Below, in pieces: positions 1-7,450 of a stretch of 18,956 nt of DNA. A program made the translations under genes and the position numbers. Source of the stretch: Campylobacterota bacterium (GTDB lineage: Bacteria > Campylobacterota > Campylobacteria > Campylobacterales > Sulfurimonadaceae). The DNA lies in the NCBI GenBank assembly GCA_034717975.1, contig JAYEMF010000003.1:1-18956 (forward strand), written 5' to 3'. The first letter of the stretch is position 1. Each line of letters starts with the position of its first letter. The notes beneath the pieces are model-generated. The model made no database searches and had not been told where the DNA came from. It saw only the letters and a program-made list of their open reading frames with translations.

Positions 1-1
1 A

Positions 2-130
2 CAAGATACGGGCGGTGCGATCAAAGGTGAGGTCAGAGCAGACCTCTTCTGGGGTTTTGGTGAAGAAGCTGAACGTAAAGCAGGTAAAATGCAAGAGCCG
101 CTTGAACTTTGGATCTTAATGCCTAAATAG
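2..130 (+). CDS. mltA: 3' end of a membrane-bound lytic murein transglycosylase A (3D domain), truncated by the window edge
   Basis: Manual translation from base 2 gives QDTGGAIKGEVRADLFWGFGEEAERKAGKMQEPLELWILMPK*. QDTGGAIKG..R.D.FWG.G is the MltA catalytic 3D-domain signature. Stop TAG at 128-130. Confidence 0.88.
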   Translation, partial: QDTGGAIKGEVRADLFWGFGEEAERKAGKMQEPLELWILMPK

Positions 131-215
131 TGAAGGAGAAGAGGAGAGGGACGGAAAGTTATAATTTTATATTCTCTTTCCCCCTCCAGCTTTCCTCTTC
201 CCTAATCTAATTTTG

Positions 216-223
216 GCTAAAAT
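216..223 (+). promoter_or_regulatory. sigma70 -10 box (gcTAAAAT) for recR, positioned for a leaderless transcript
   Basis: TAAAAT at 218-223 lies 6 nt before the ATG at 230. No Shine-Dalgarno sequence precedes the ATG. Confidence 0.65.
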
Positions 224-229
224 TCGCAC

Positions 230-799
230 ATGAAACACTCGCTCGAGAAATTCAACAAACTGGTTGATGCCCTGCAGGAACTTCCTACCGTCGGGCAGAA
301 GTCGGCAACACGCCTGGCATATCACATGGTGATGAATGACAATTTTACTGCGCTTAAAATTGCACATGCCATTGAAAATGCACTGGGATCACTCAAAAAG
401 TGCCACTCCTGCGGCGGTATGAGCGAGGATGAACTCTGCTTTATCTGCTCCGATGAGAGCCGTAACCATCAACTGCTCTGTATTGTTGAAAATGCCAAAG
501 ATATCCTGACACTGGAAGAGAACGCTCTTTTTGATGGACGCTATTTTGTCTTGAGTGCACTGGATGAGCTGGATATCTCGCATCTTAAGGCGATGGTAGA
601 GAGCGGGATAGAAGAGGTGATCTTTGCCCTGACACCTTCCATCGCCAATGATGCGGTTATCTTGTTCATCGAAGATAAACTCTTGGACTACCGCATTAAA
701 TTCAGCCGTATCGCCCAGGGTGTTCCGACAGGTGTCAGCCTGGAAAATATCGATATGCTCTCACTCTCCAGGGCATTGCAGGACCGTGTGAAAGTCTAG
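230..799 (+). CDS. recR: Recombination mediator RecR
   Basis: HhH motif LPTVGQKSATRLAYH, C4 zinc finger CHSC...CFIC, TOPRIM region EEVIFAL, and SRIAQGVPTGVSLE. Confidence 0.97.
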   Translation: MKHSLEKFNKLVDALQELPTVGQKSATRLAYHMVMNDNFTALKIAHAIENALGSLKKCHSCGGMSEDELCFICSDESRNHQLLCIVENAKDILTLEENALFDGRYFVLSALDELDISHLKAMVESGIEEVIFALTPSIANDAVILFIEDKLLDYRIKFSRIAQGVPTGVSLENIDMLSLSRALQDRVKV

Positions 800-826
800 C
801 TATATCGTTTAAATAGTCTTTTACTG

Positions 827-844
827 AAGCTGGCCGGCTTTTTT
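827..844 (+). terminator. Possible weak intrinsic terminator after recR
   Basis: Short hairpin AAGCT-GGCC-GGCTT running into a T tract, between convergent recR and glgP. Confidence 0.4.
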
Positions 845-847
845 GAT

Positions 848-2500
848 TTAAGAGGGACGCGGGTAATCATACATTTTGGTATAGTATTCATGCACCATAC
901 GCCCGGAGTCAAATGTCGGAATCACGTCTGACATCGCCGTTTTCATCATCTCTACCCATTTTTTCGGTTTATCGTAGTAGAGCGGGATAATCTCGTTCTC
1001 AAGAATATCCATCATGTTTCTGTTATCTATATCATCCTGCTCTTCCAATGACAGATGATAGTCGGCCGGAGGGATGGTAAAGGCATTGATGCCGTGTTTT
1101 GCAAACTCCGGATGCCATCCGTCATTTGTCGAGAAGTGGATAGAAGCATTCATGCTTGCCGTCATACCGCTGGTACCGCTGGCCTCACGCGAAATACGGG
1201 GTGTATTCAACCAGATATCACTCCCTTTTTTTAAAAAACGCGAGAGCTCAAGTTCATAGCCGACCAGTACGGCCATCCGTTTGAAGTCATGACTGATATG
1301 GATCAGTTCATTGAAGGCATTGACGGCCTGCGTGTCAAACGGGTATGGTTTCCCGGCCCAGATGATCTGAACGGGGCGCTCTTCATTTTCAAGCATCTGT
1401 TTGAAACGGGCGAAATCATGTTTTAAAAGCCCGGGCCGTTTATATGCTGCGAACCGTCTGGCCCATACAATGGTCAGGACCTCCGGATCGAACACCTTGC
1501 CTGTCTGGCCGGCAACGATATTAAAAAGTGTATGCTTGAGATGCTTCTTTCGGGCGATCAGTTCATAATCCTCATGCTGATCGAATGCGGCGAGCATCCC
1601 TCTGTCAGTCCAGAAACGCCGGTTTTGCGCATTCGTAATATGGGTGATCTCCGATCTTCCCTCACAATTTCGCCACATGTGATTGGCAACACCGCCGTGA
1701 AACCTTGAAACGGCATTGCTTATTTTCGAAGTGCGCAGCGCACCTACTGTCAGATTGAATGTATCGTCATGCATCATGGTTATTTGACGAATTTCATCAA
1801 GAGTCAGGTTGTTGAAAAAACCGAATTTGTGCAGGATATGGATCGTGTGCTTTTCATTCCCCGCATCCTCGGGCGTATGGGTTGTAAAGACTACCCGCTT
1901 TTTTACTTCTTCAAGATCCCGGTATCTGTCATATAGTTCATAAGCAAGCGGCAGGGCGTGCCCTTCATTCATATGGTAGATGTCGATCTTCTGATTGATG
2001 GCTTCAAGTATTCTCACCCCGCCGATTCCAAGGACGATCTCCTGTGCAATGCGGGTCTCTTCATTGGCAGTATAGAGGTGCTGGGTAATGGTCTGGGCCA
2101 GAAAATCATTTTCAGGGATATCGGTCGTCAGGAGGATCAGCGGCGCCGATCCGAATACGCTGTCCGGAAGTAGAAAGGCTTTGATATGGATATCAGTGGA
2201 TTTGATCCTGACGGTGGTCTGAATATCGAGGTCTTGAAGGAAGTAGTAGTATTTCCGTATGAATTCAGATTTCATGGTCCGGTCTTTATAACGACTCTGG
2301 TCATAATAGCCGTAACTCCACAGAATGCCGACGCCTATTGTATTTTGATGCAGATCATAGGCACTTCGCATGTGCGATCCTGCTAAAAATCCCAGACCGC
2401 CGGAATATGTTTTAAGGGCCTGGTCAATGGCAAATTCCATGGAGAAATAGGCAACGCTTGTACTGTATTTCGGATCAATTTTGTAACTATGTAAGTTCAT
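848..2500 (-). CDS. glgP: Alpha-glucan phosphorylase family protein (GT35), short ~550 aa form with atypical PLP motif
   Basis: Motifs AYFSMEFA, YSGGLGFLAG, HMNEGH, FTTHTP, ARRFAAYKR and DIWLNTPR..REASGTSGM. Start moved from 2566 to the ATG at 2500 because AAGGA lies 6 nt upstream of it. Confidence 0.9.
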   Translation of the reverse strand: MNLHSYKIDPKYSTSVAYFSMEFAIDQALKTYSGGLGFLAGSHMRSAYDLHQNTIGVGILWSYGYYDQSRYKDRTMKSEFIRKYYYFLQDLDIQTTVRIKSTDIHIKAFLLPDSVFGSAPLILLTTDIPENDFLAQTITQHLYTANEETRIAQEIVLGIGGVRILEAINQKIDIYHMNEGHALPLAYELYDRYRDLEEVKKRVVFTTHTPEDAGNEKHTIHILHKFGFFNNLTLDEIRQITMMHDDTFNLTVGALRTSKISNAVSRFHGGVANHMWRNCEGRSEITHITNAQNRRFWTDRGMLAAFDQHEDYELIARKKHLKHTLFNIVAGQTGKVFDPEVLTIVWARRFAAYKRPGLLKHDFARFKQMLENEERPVQIIWAGKPYPFDTQAVNAFNELIHISHDFKRMAVLVGYELELSRFLKKGSDIWLNTPRISREASGTSGMTASMNASIHFSTNDGWHPEFAKHGINAFTIPPADYHLSLEEQDDIDNRNMMDILENEIIPLYYDKPKKWVEMMKTAMSDVIPTFDSGRMVHEYYTKMYDYPRPS

Positions 2501-2537
2501 AATCATTCCTTTTCGGAGTATCTGTTGACATACCGTC

Positions 2538-2543
2538 ATTGTA
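2538..2543 (-). promoter_or_regulatory. Candidate -10 box (TACAAT) for glgP
   Basis: Minus-strand TACAAT about 37 nt upstream of the ATG at 2500, implying a ~30-nt 5' UTR that contains the SD. Confidence 0.4.
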
Positions 2544-2845
2544 TATAGAAGAGGTTTCGCTGGCATTACACTGGCAAAAATAGCAGGAAAATATAACTAT
2601 TTTTGTGGAATTTATACAGGTGCCTTCTAGAAGGGATTTTCGCGATGTGTAATGGGAGAGACAGAGGGCTGCTAAAAATCCCTCTTATAGGTCGATTTTC
2701 TACTTTCTTTGAATGAAGGGACGTTATAAAGTATGGTTGTTGCCAGGTCGTAGAAATAATCTGTATCGGCTTACCCTAAGGCATCCTGATATGAATCTGC
2801 CACCAAAAAGGCATTGAAAAGCCTGATACGTGTGAAAGAAAAGAG

Positions 2846-3637
2846 CTAGAATTCAAATGTCTGCCGCATCACATTTTTGATGGCTTCACGTGCAAGGCAC
2901 CCGCCGGTAAAGTACTCATTGGCCAAGACGCCCTGTCCCAACAGCATATCTGAGCCATCTTTGTATTTAATTCCCATTTCCGAAGCGAGTTGTAAAAAAG
3001 GGGTGAGTTTGCCGTAGATGGCATCAGCCGCAAAACGGCATTTTTGTAATAGTGGCCTGACAAGTGTTTCAGGGGCAGGGAGGTTATCGTCTTCAAGGCC
3101 GGCCGAGGTAGTATTGACAATAAGATCATACGCCTCTGTAGGTATTGTCTCCCAGCTATGCGTCTGAAAACCTTTCTCTTTGAAGTAGTCAAGCCTTCCC
3201 TCGCTTCGATTGAGCACGGTCGTTTCTAGTCCGCTCTCCTGAAATTTAGAGGCAAGTGCTTTGGCCGTTCCTCCGGCACCGATGATCAGAACGGTTTTAA
3301 TAGACCCAAACGGTTCGATGGCAAACATGAATCCATCTGCATCGGTATTGTAACCGATGAGTCTGCCATTTTCATTGATCAGGGTATTGACGACGCCGAC
3401 CTGCTGGGCAAAACCGCGGATCTCGTCGCATGCCGCGAAGGCGGCTTCTTTATGCGGAACGGTGACATTGGCACCGCTGAGGCCAAGCCTGAAAAAGGTC
3501 TCTTTCAGTTCAGAGCCCTTTTTGAGATGGACACGCGTATAACAGGCGGGAAAGTCGAGTGACTTGAAGACATGATTGTGCATCAATGGAGAACGGGAGT
3601 GGGCGACTGGATCGCCGAAAATGGCAAAAAGTTTCAT
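2846..3637 (-). CDS. aroE: Shikimate dehydrogenase
   Basis: GDPVAHSRSPLMHN, GANVTVPHKE, VNTL, GYNTD, NADP-binding GAGGTAKA, NRS and IVNTTSAG. Confidence 0.97.
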   Translation of the reverse strand: MKLFAIFGDPVAHSRSPLMHNHVFKSLDFPACYTRVHLKKGSELKETFFRLGLSGANVTVPHKEAAFAACDEIRGFAQQVGVVNTLINENGRLIGYNTDADGFMFAIEPFGSIKTVLIIGAGGTAKALASKFQESGLETTVLNRSEGRLDYFKEKGFQTHSWETIPTEAYDLIVNTTSAGLEDDNLPAPETLVRPLLQKCRFAADAIYGKLTPFLQLASEMGIKYKDGSDMLLGQGVLANEYFTGGCLAREAIKNVMRQTFEF

Positions 3638-3648
3638 TTAGTAAGGCT

Positions 3649-3658
3649 TTTTTAGATC
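3649..3658. repeat. Left copy of 10-bp direct repeat TTTTTAGATC bounding the accessory islet
   Basis: Identical to 9691-9700 within the last codons of trpE. Confidence 0.55.
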
Positions 3659-3659
3659 T

Positions 3660-3667
3660 ATTTTAGC
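3660..3667 (-). promoter_or_regulatory. Candidate -10 box (gcTAAAAT) for aroE
   Basis: Minus-strand GCTAAAAT 22 nt upstream of the aroE ATG, the same motif as seen at recR. Confidence 0.45.
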
Positions 3668-3700
3668 TTATTTACACTTTAGAGCGGATATATATCAGCG

Positions 3701-4711
3701 CTAAAAGTAGTAATAGAGTATCCCTTTAACGCCATGCCCTTGATCACTTTCAAGCAGGGCAAGATCGACGGTTAATCCATTTTTAAAGTCATAGGTTCCC
3801 CCGGCCTGAATACGATAAAAATCCTCATCTATCTCTTTGATATAAAGCGCGTATAGGCTTGAATAGACAATATCAAACGGCTCTTTCTGTGTGGCCTTGA
3901 GATAGAGCAGTCTGTCGGCTTGAAACGTTTTCATATATTCGGCGATAAGTGTCAGGTCTGTCTCACTTTGAAAACGTAAACCGCCTAAATAACTCTCAAT
4001 AGAATCTTTACGGGCATATTCGCCGTGCAGTTCAAGGCCTCCTGAAACATCACTGGAAAAATCGATCCCATAGGCGTCATTGGCAATGATCAGATCGATA
4101 TCTGTTTTTTCCAGTAACATATAGAGTTTAGCCCCATAGTGACTGTCGGTGTGCTCAAATAAATCACTGTTCTCATCGACATCGGGAAGGGCGATCAGGC
4201 TGATGGTGTAATTTTTCAGCAGGCTTGCATCAACAGTGCGGGTCAACTTTCCGTGTGCCATCCAGTACCCCTCCCTGGAGAGTTCCGGATAGACCGGATT
4301 TTTAGGCCGTTCAAAAAAAGCGACCGGAGAGTAGGCATATCCTTTCCCCCAGCGGAGTACCTCTTTACCGATATGCAGGCTCTGGCGCTCATCACCAAAC
4401 CGCTGGTAGAGAGCGTTGAGCGTTGATTCGTGATCGGCACTGTTATATTCGACATGACGGTAGAAAAAAGAGTAGTCGGCATGCAGGTTAAGCAGTTCAT
4501 ATTCGAGATCGGCACGCAGGTTTAGTTCGTTGTTGGTGCTGGCTATCTTTTTGTTCTGCCGGTCACTATGCTGATAGGTGTTGTCACTGCGGAGGTAACC
4601 CTGATACTCCAGAGCTTTTTTTTCAAAGTTTTCCGTATCGAAGTCAAGATCGTCATACTCCCCGGCGATCAGAGTTGTGCCGAGGAGTAGGACTAAAAGG
4701 ATTTTTCTCAA
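3701..4711 (-). CDS. Hypothetical protein, predicted outer-membrane beta-barrel partner of the ABC module
   Basis: Signal peptide MRKILLVLLLGTTLIA, acidic N-terminus, alternating aromatic/hydrophobic strands, GKEVLRWGKG motif, and C-terminal ...GILYYYF (BAM-type terminal Phe). Start overlaps the upstream stop by 4 bp. Confidence 0.75.
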   Translation of the reverse strand: MRKILLVLLLGTTLIAGEYDDLDFDTENFEKKALEYQGYLRSDNTYQHSDRQNKKIASTNNELNLRADLEYELLNLHADYSFFYRHVEYNSADHESTLNALYQRFGDERQSLHIGKEVLRWGKGYAYSPVAFFERPKNPVYPELSREGYWMAHGKLTRTVDASLLKNYTISLIALPDVDENSDLFEHTDSHYGAKLYMLLEKTDIDLIIANDAYGIDFSSDVSGGLELHGEYARKDSIESYLGGLRFQSETDLTLIAEYMKTFQADRLLYLKATQKEPFDIVYSSLYALYIKEIDEDFYRIQAGGTYDFKNGLTVDLALLESDQGHGVKGILYYYF

Positions 4712-5409
4712 CGTATCTCATCCAGTTTGGAGAGGTTTTCAAGGGTAAAGACGGTGTCGTCGAAATCACGTTTTTTGATCTTGCCGAAGATCATGATACT
4801 TTTGTACCCTTTTTGCAGCTGGCTGGTGGTCTCCAGTACGGATGGACGGGTGATGCCGTCGCCGAAATCTTTTGGCTTGAGGTAGCGAATGGTCTTGAGC
4901 ACGATCCCTCCGGCGATACAGTCGATGCTCTGCGGAAAGAGAGTGCTTTTATCGACAACCATTTTCAGGTTTTCGTAGGTAACCCCTTCATGTCTGGCAC
5001 TGAGTTCAAGATGGTAGGAAGTCTCATCTTCGCTTTGTGCAGTGATGCTGTACTCGACACTGAAATCAAGCCGCATAATGTCGGCATTGTTGAAGACACC
5101 GCCGGTAACGCTCTGCATGGAGGCGATGCGAAGCGGTTTGGCGATACCGGGGATAAAGAGCCACATGTTGTCGTCCAGCCGGAGTGTTGAACGACCCTTA
5201 TCACTCGCAGGTGAAAGGAAGAGTGAAGCAACTTTGTCTTTGTCTTTTTTGACCATGTACATCACAAACTCTTTTTGCGTCCCGTCTGATTCGATATTGA
5301 TCAGTTTACGGTAACTCTCATAGGAGAAGGGCTGCAGCCGTTCATCGATCTGCCGGAGCAGATCAGCTGAGAGCAAAAGAATCGGGAAAAGAAGAATAAG
5401 ATAGCGCAT
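4708..5409 (-). CDS. LolA-like periplasmic protein (outer membrane lipoprotein-sorting protein family)
   Basis: Signal peptide, plus FLSPASDKGRSTL..DDNMWLFIP....PLRI and GGVFNNADI, typical of LolA-like proteins encoded next to FtsX-type ABC permeases. Confidence 0.85.
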   Translation of the reverse strand: MRYLILLFPILLLSADLLRQIDERLQPFSYESYRKLINIESDGTQKEFVMYMVKKDKDKVASLFLSPASDKGRSTLRLDDNMWLFIPGIAKPLRIASMQSVTGGVFNNADIMRLDFSVEYSITAQSEDETSYHLELSARHEGVTYENLKMVVDKSTLFPQSIDCIAGGIVLKTIRYLKPKDFGDGITRPSVLETTSQLQKGYKSIMIFGKIKKRDFDDTVFTLENLSKLDEIR

Positions 5410-5410
5410 G

Positions 5411-6622
5411 TCAGCTCCTTAAGGCATCGACGGGATTCATTCTGGCCGCCTTGATGGCAGGGTAGAGTGATGCGATCGCGGCGACGATCATCACCAGGAC
5501 ACTGATCATGATCACTTTGGCAAATGGGAGCATCGGTGAGAGAATGATCTCATCCTGGCGTCCAAATGCAATAGTGATATCTCCGGTCAGCGTGATAATG
5601 CCGTATGAGACGACGATACCGATAATCAAACCTGCAATCCCCAGCAGCAATCCTTCAAAAAGGAAGGTGAGGATAATAAATGAGGATGGCGTTCCGATCG
5701 CACTGAGTGTCCCGATCTCTTTAATCCGTTCGTATACACTCATGATCATCACATTGAGGATGGAGATCAAAACGATAGAGACAAGGATGATCTGGATAGA
5801 GAGGCTCATAAGATCGATCATCTTGGCGATGTTGCTAAATGGGCTCAGTTTCTGCCAGTCATGGATCTCCAGCCCTTTCTTCTCACCGGAAAGCAGCTCA
5901 TCTTTGAGCTTTTTTTGCACTTTTGGAAGTTTGCTGATATCACTCAGCCGAATGACGACTTCATTGACTTCAAGCTTTTTAATGCGCAGAAGCTTACGCG
6001 AATCGTCAATATGGATATAGCCGTCACGCCCGCCCGGTCCGGAGATTATCCCGATGATACCGCCCACTTTAAAGGTAACGGCATTCATCGATCCGGCACG
6101 GTTGGTAGCTACCAAAACCACGGTATCGCCGACTTTGAGTTTCATCCCTTTTGCCACAATATCGGGGATAAGGACTTCACCCCGTTTGATATGAGGATTT
6201 CCATTGATACGATCTTTCAGCAGAGGGAGTGTTATATGCTCATTCTCCGGATTGATACCGTTGAGACGGAGATTGGTCGAGTTCTCAAAGTCACTGATAA
6301 GGGCAGAGTGTTTGAGGCGGAAGGTGTAACTCTCAACGACAGGCAGTTCATCAAGAAGAGCACTGATCTTTTCAACAGCCTGCGGCGGCAGGTTTTTATC
6401 CAAGGGCATATTGTCCAGGCTGGCGACATACCCTTTTTTATGGATCTGAAGATGTCCGAGCATACTGTCGGTGATCTGACCGATCATATAGGATTTAAAG
6501 CTGCCGGAAAAGGCGGCAAAGAGGAGCACAAAAAGGACACCGATGGTGATGAGCAAGGTGGTGAGTGCCGCGCGGCGTCGGGTGCGGTTCAGGGTTCGGT
6601 AGGCTATCTTCAGACTTTTCAT
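5411..6622 (-). CDS. ABC transporter permease, FtsX/MacB/LolC-E type
   Basis: N-terminal TM helix, large periplasmic domain, SVYERIKEIGTLSAIG motif, three C-terminal TM helices, and the ending YPAIKAARMNPVDALR. Confidence 0.93.
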   Translation of the reverse strand: MKSLKIAYRTLNRTRRRAALTTLLITIGVLFVLLFAAFSGSFKSYMIGQITDSMLGHLQIHKKGYVASLDNMPLDKNLPPQAVEKISALLDELPVVESYTFRLKHSALISDFENSTNLRLNGINPENEHITLPLLKDRINGNPHIKRGEVLIPDIVAKGMKLKVGDTVVLVATNRAGSMNAVTFKVGGIIGIISGPGGRDGYIHIDDSRKLLRIKKLEVNEVVIRLSDISKLPKVQKKLKDELLSGEKKGLEIHDWQKLSPFSNIAKMIDLMSLSIQIILVSIVLISILNVMIMSVYERIKEIGTLSAIGTPSSFIILTFLFEGLLLGIAGLIIGIVVSYGIITLTGDITIAFGRQDEIILSPMLPFAKVIMISVLVMIVAAIASLYPAIKAARMNPVDALRS

Positions 6623-7296
6623 GCGAGCACCTTATCGTCAATAATCTGGCCATCTTCGAGGGTGACAATACGTTTGGCTTCATTCATGATCTTGGAATCG
6701 TGCGTGGAGAAGATAAAGGTCGTATTGAACTGCTCTTGCATCTGCTTCATCAGGTCGATCACTTTTTTGGCTGAGACACTGTCAAGGTTGGCTGTAGGCT
6801 CATCGGCGAGGATGATGTTTGGTTTCACTACAAGGGCCCTGGCAACAGCGACACGCTGTTTCTGACCACCGCTCAACTGGTCAGGATATTTGTCAATTTG
6901 ATCCAGCATACCAATGGCCTCGAGCACCTCTTCGACCTTTTGCCGGGTATCGCTCTGATGCAAGATCACTGAGAGGGGAAACTCGACATTCTCATAGACT
7001 GTAAAACTCTCGATCAGGTTAAAATCCTGAAAGATAAAACCAAGATGTTCCGAACGAAAACGCGAGGCTTCTTTTGTGGAGAGGGATGAAACGACCGTCT
7101 CATTGATGGTGACACTGCCGCTCTCGGGCCTGTCGAGGCAGCCGACAAGATTGAGCAGGGTACTTTTACCGCTTCCGCTTGGGCCGACAATGGCCACAAA
7201 TTCACCATCGTCGATAGTGAGGTCCAGGTTCCGGATGACCTGTGTGGTCACTTCACCCTCATGATAGTTCTTACTGAGATGTTCGATTGTGATCAT
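6619..7296 (-). CDS. ABC transporter ATP-binding protein, LolD/MacB-like
   Basis: Walker A GPSGSGKST, Q-loop GFIFQ, signature LSGGQKQR, Walker B ILADEPT and switch STHD. Confidence 0.96.
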   Translation of the reverse strand: MITIEHLSKNYHEGEVTTQVIRNLDLTIDDGEFVAIVGPSGSGKSTLLNLVGCLDRPESGSVTINETVVSSLSTKEASRFRSEHLGFIFQDFNLIESFTVYENVEFPLSVILHQSDTRQKVEEVLEAIGMLDQIDKYPDQLSGGQKQRVAVARALVVKPNIILADEPTANLDSVSAKKVIDLMKQMQEQFNTTFIFSTHDSKIMNEAKRIVTLEDGQIIDDKVLA

Positions 7297-7314
7297 AATG
7301 GCTCATTAGATTGA

Positions 7315-7331
7315 GATAAAAAGAGTTTATC
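7315..7331. promoter_or_regulatory. Inverted repeat GATAAA-N5-TTTATC overlapping a candidate -10 box of the ABC operon
   Basis: Perfect 6-5-6 inverted repeat. The minus strand reads TG-A-TAAACT (extended -10-like) about 27 nt upstream of the ATG at 7296. Confidence 0.4.
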
Positions 7332-7404
7332 ATAAGTAAAGCAAAAAAAAATAAATAAAATCAGGAGGCTTGATCTTTCAAATGGGAAATTGAAACGTTA
7401 ATTG

Positions 7405-7418
7405 TGATAATATTATCA
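7405..7418. promoter_or_regulatory. Perfect 14-bp palindrome TGATAATATTATCA (Fur-box-like half sites)
   Basis: Read directly in the divergent intergenic region, 32 nt upstream of the EAL gene ATG. Confidence 0.5.
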
Positions 7419-7450
7419 AAGGCTAGAATATTTTATATACTGGATAAGTT

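Noticed and set aside
2501..2566. N-terminal extension of glgP in the ORF track
   Set aside because: The SD and candidate -10 box support the ATG at 2500, and the extension overlaps the promoter.
2561..2576. sigma54-like TGGCA-N-TGGC on the plus strand
   Set aside because: The -12 element deviates from TTGC and it points away from any plus-strand gene.
2693..2760. TTTCTAC...GTAGA resembling a Cas12a CRISPR repeat stem
   Set aside because: Single occurrence, wrong spacing, no repeat-spacer periodicity and no cas genes.
5861..6865. 334-aa plus-strand ORF
   Set aside because: Antisense shadow of the permease/ATPase genes with no recognisable motif or SD. Such shadows commonly arise from the codon bias of the real gene.
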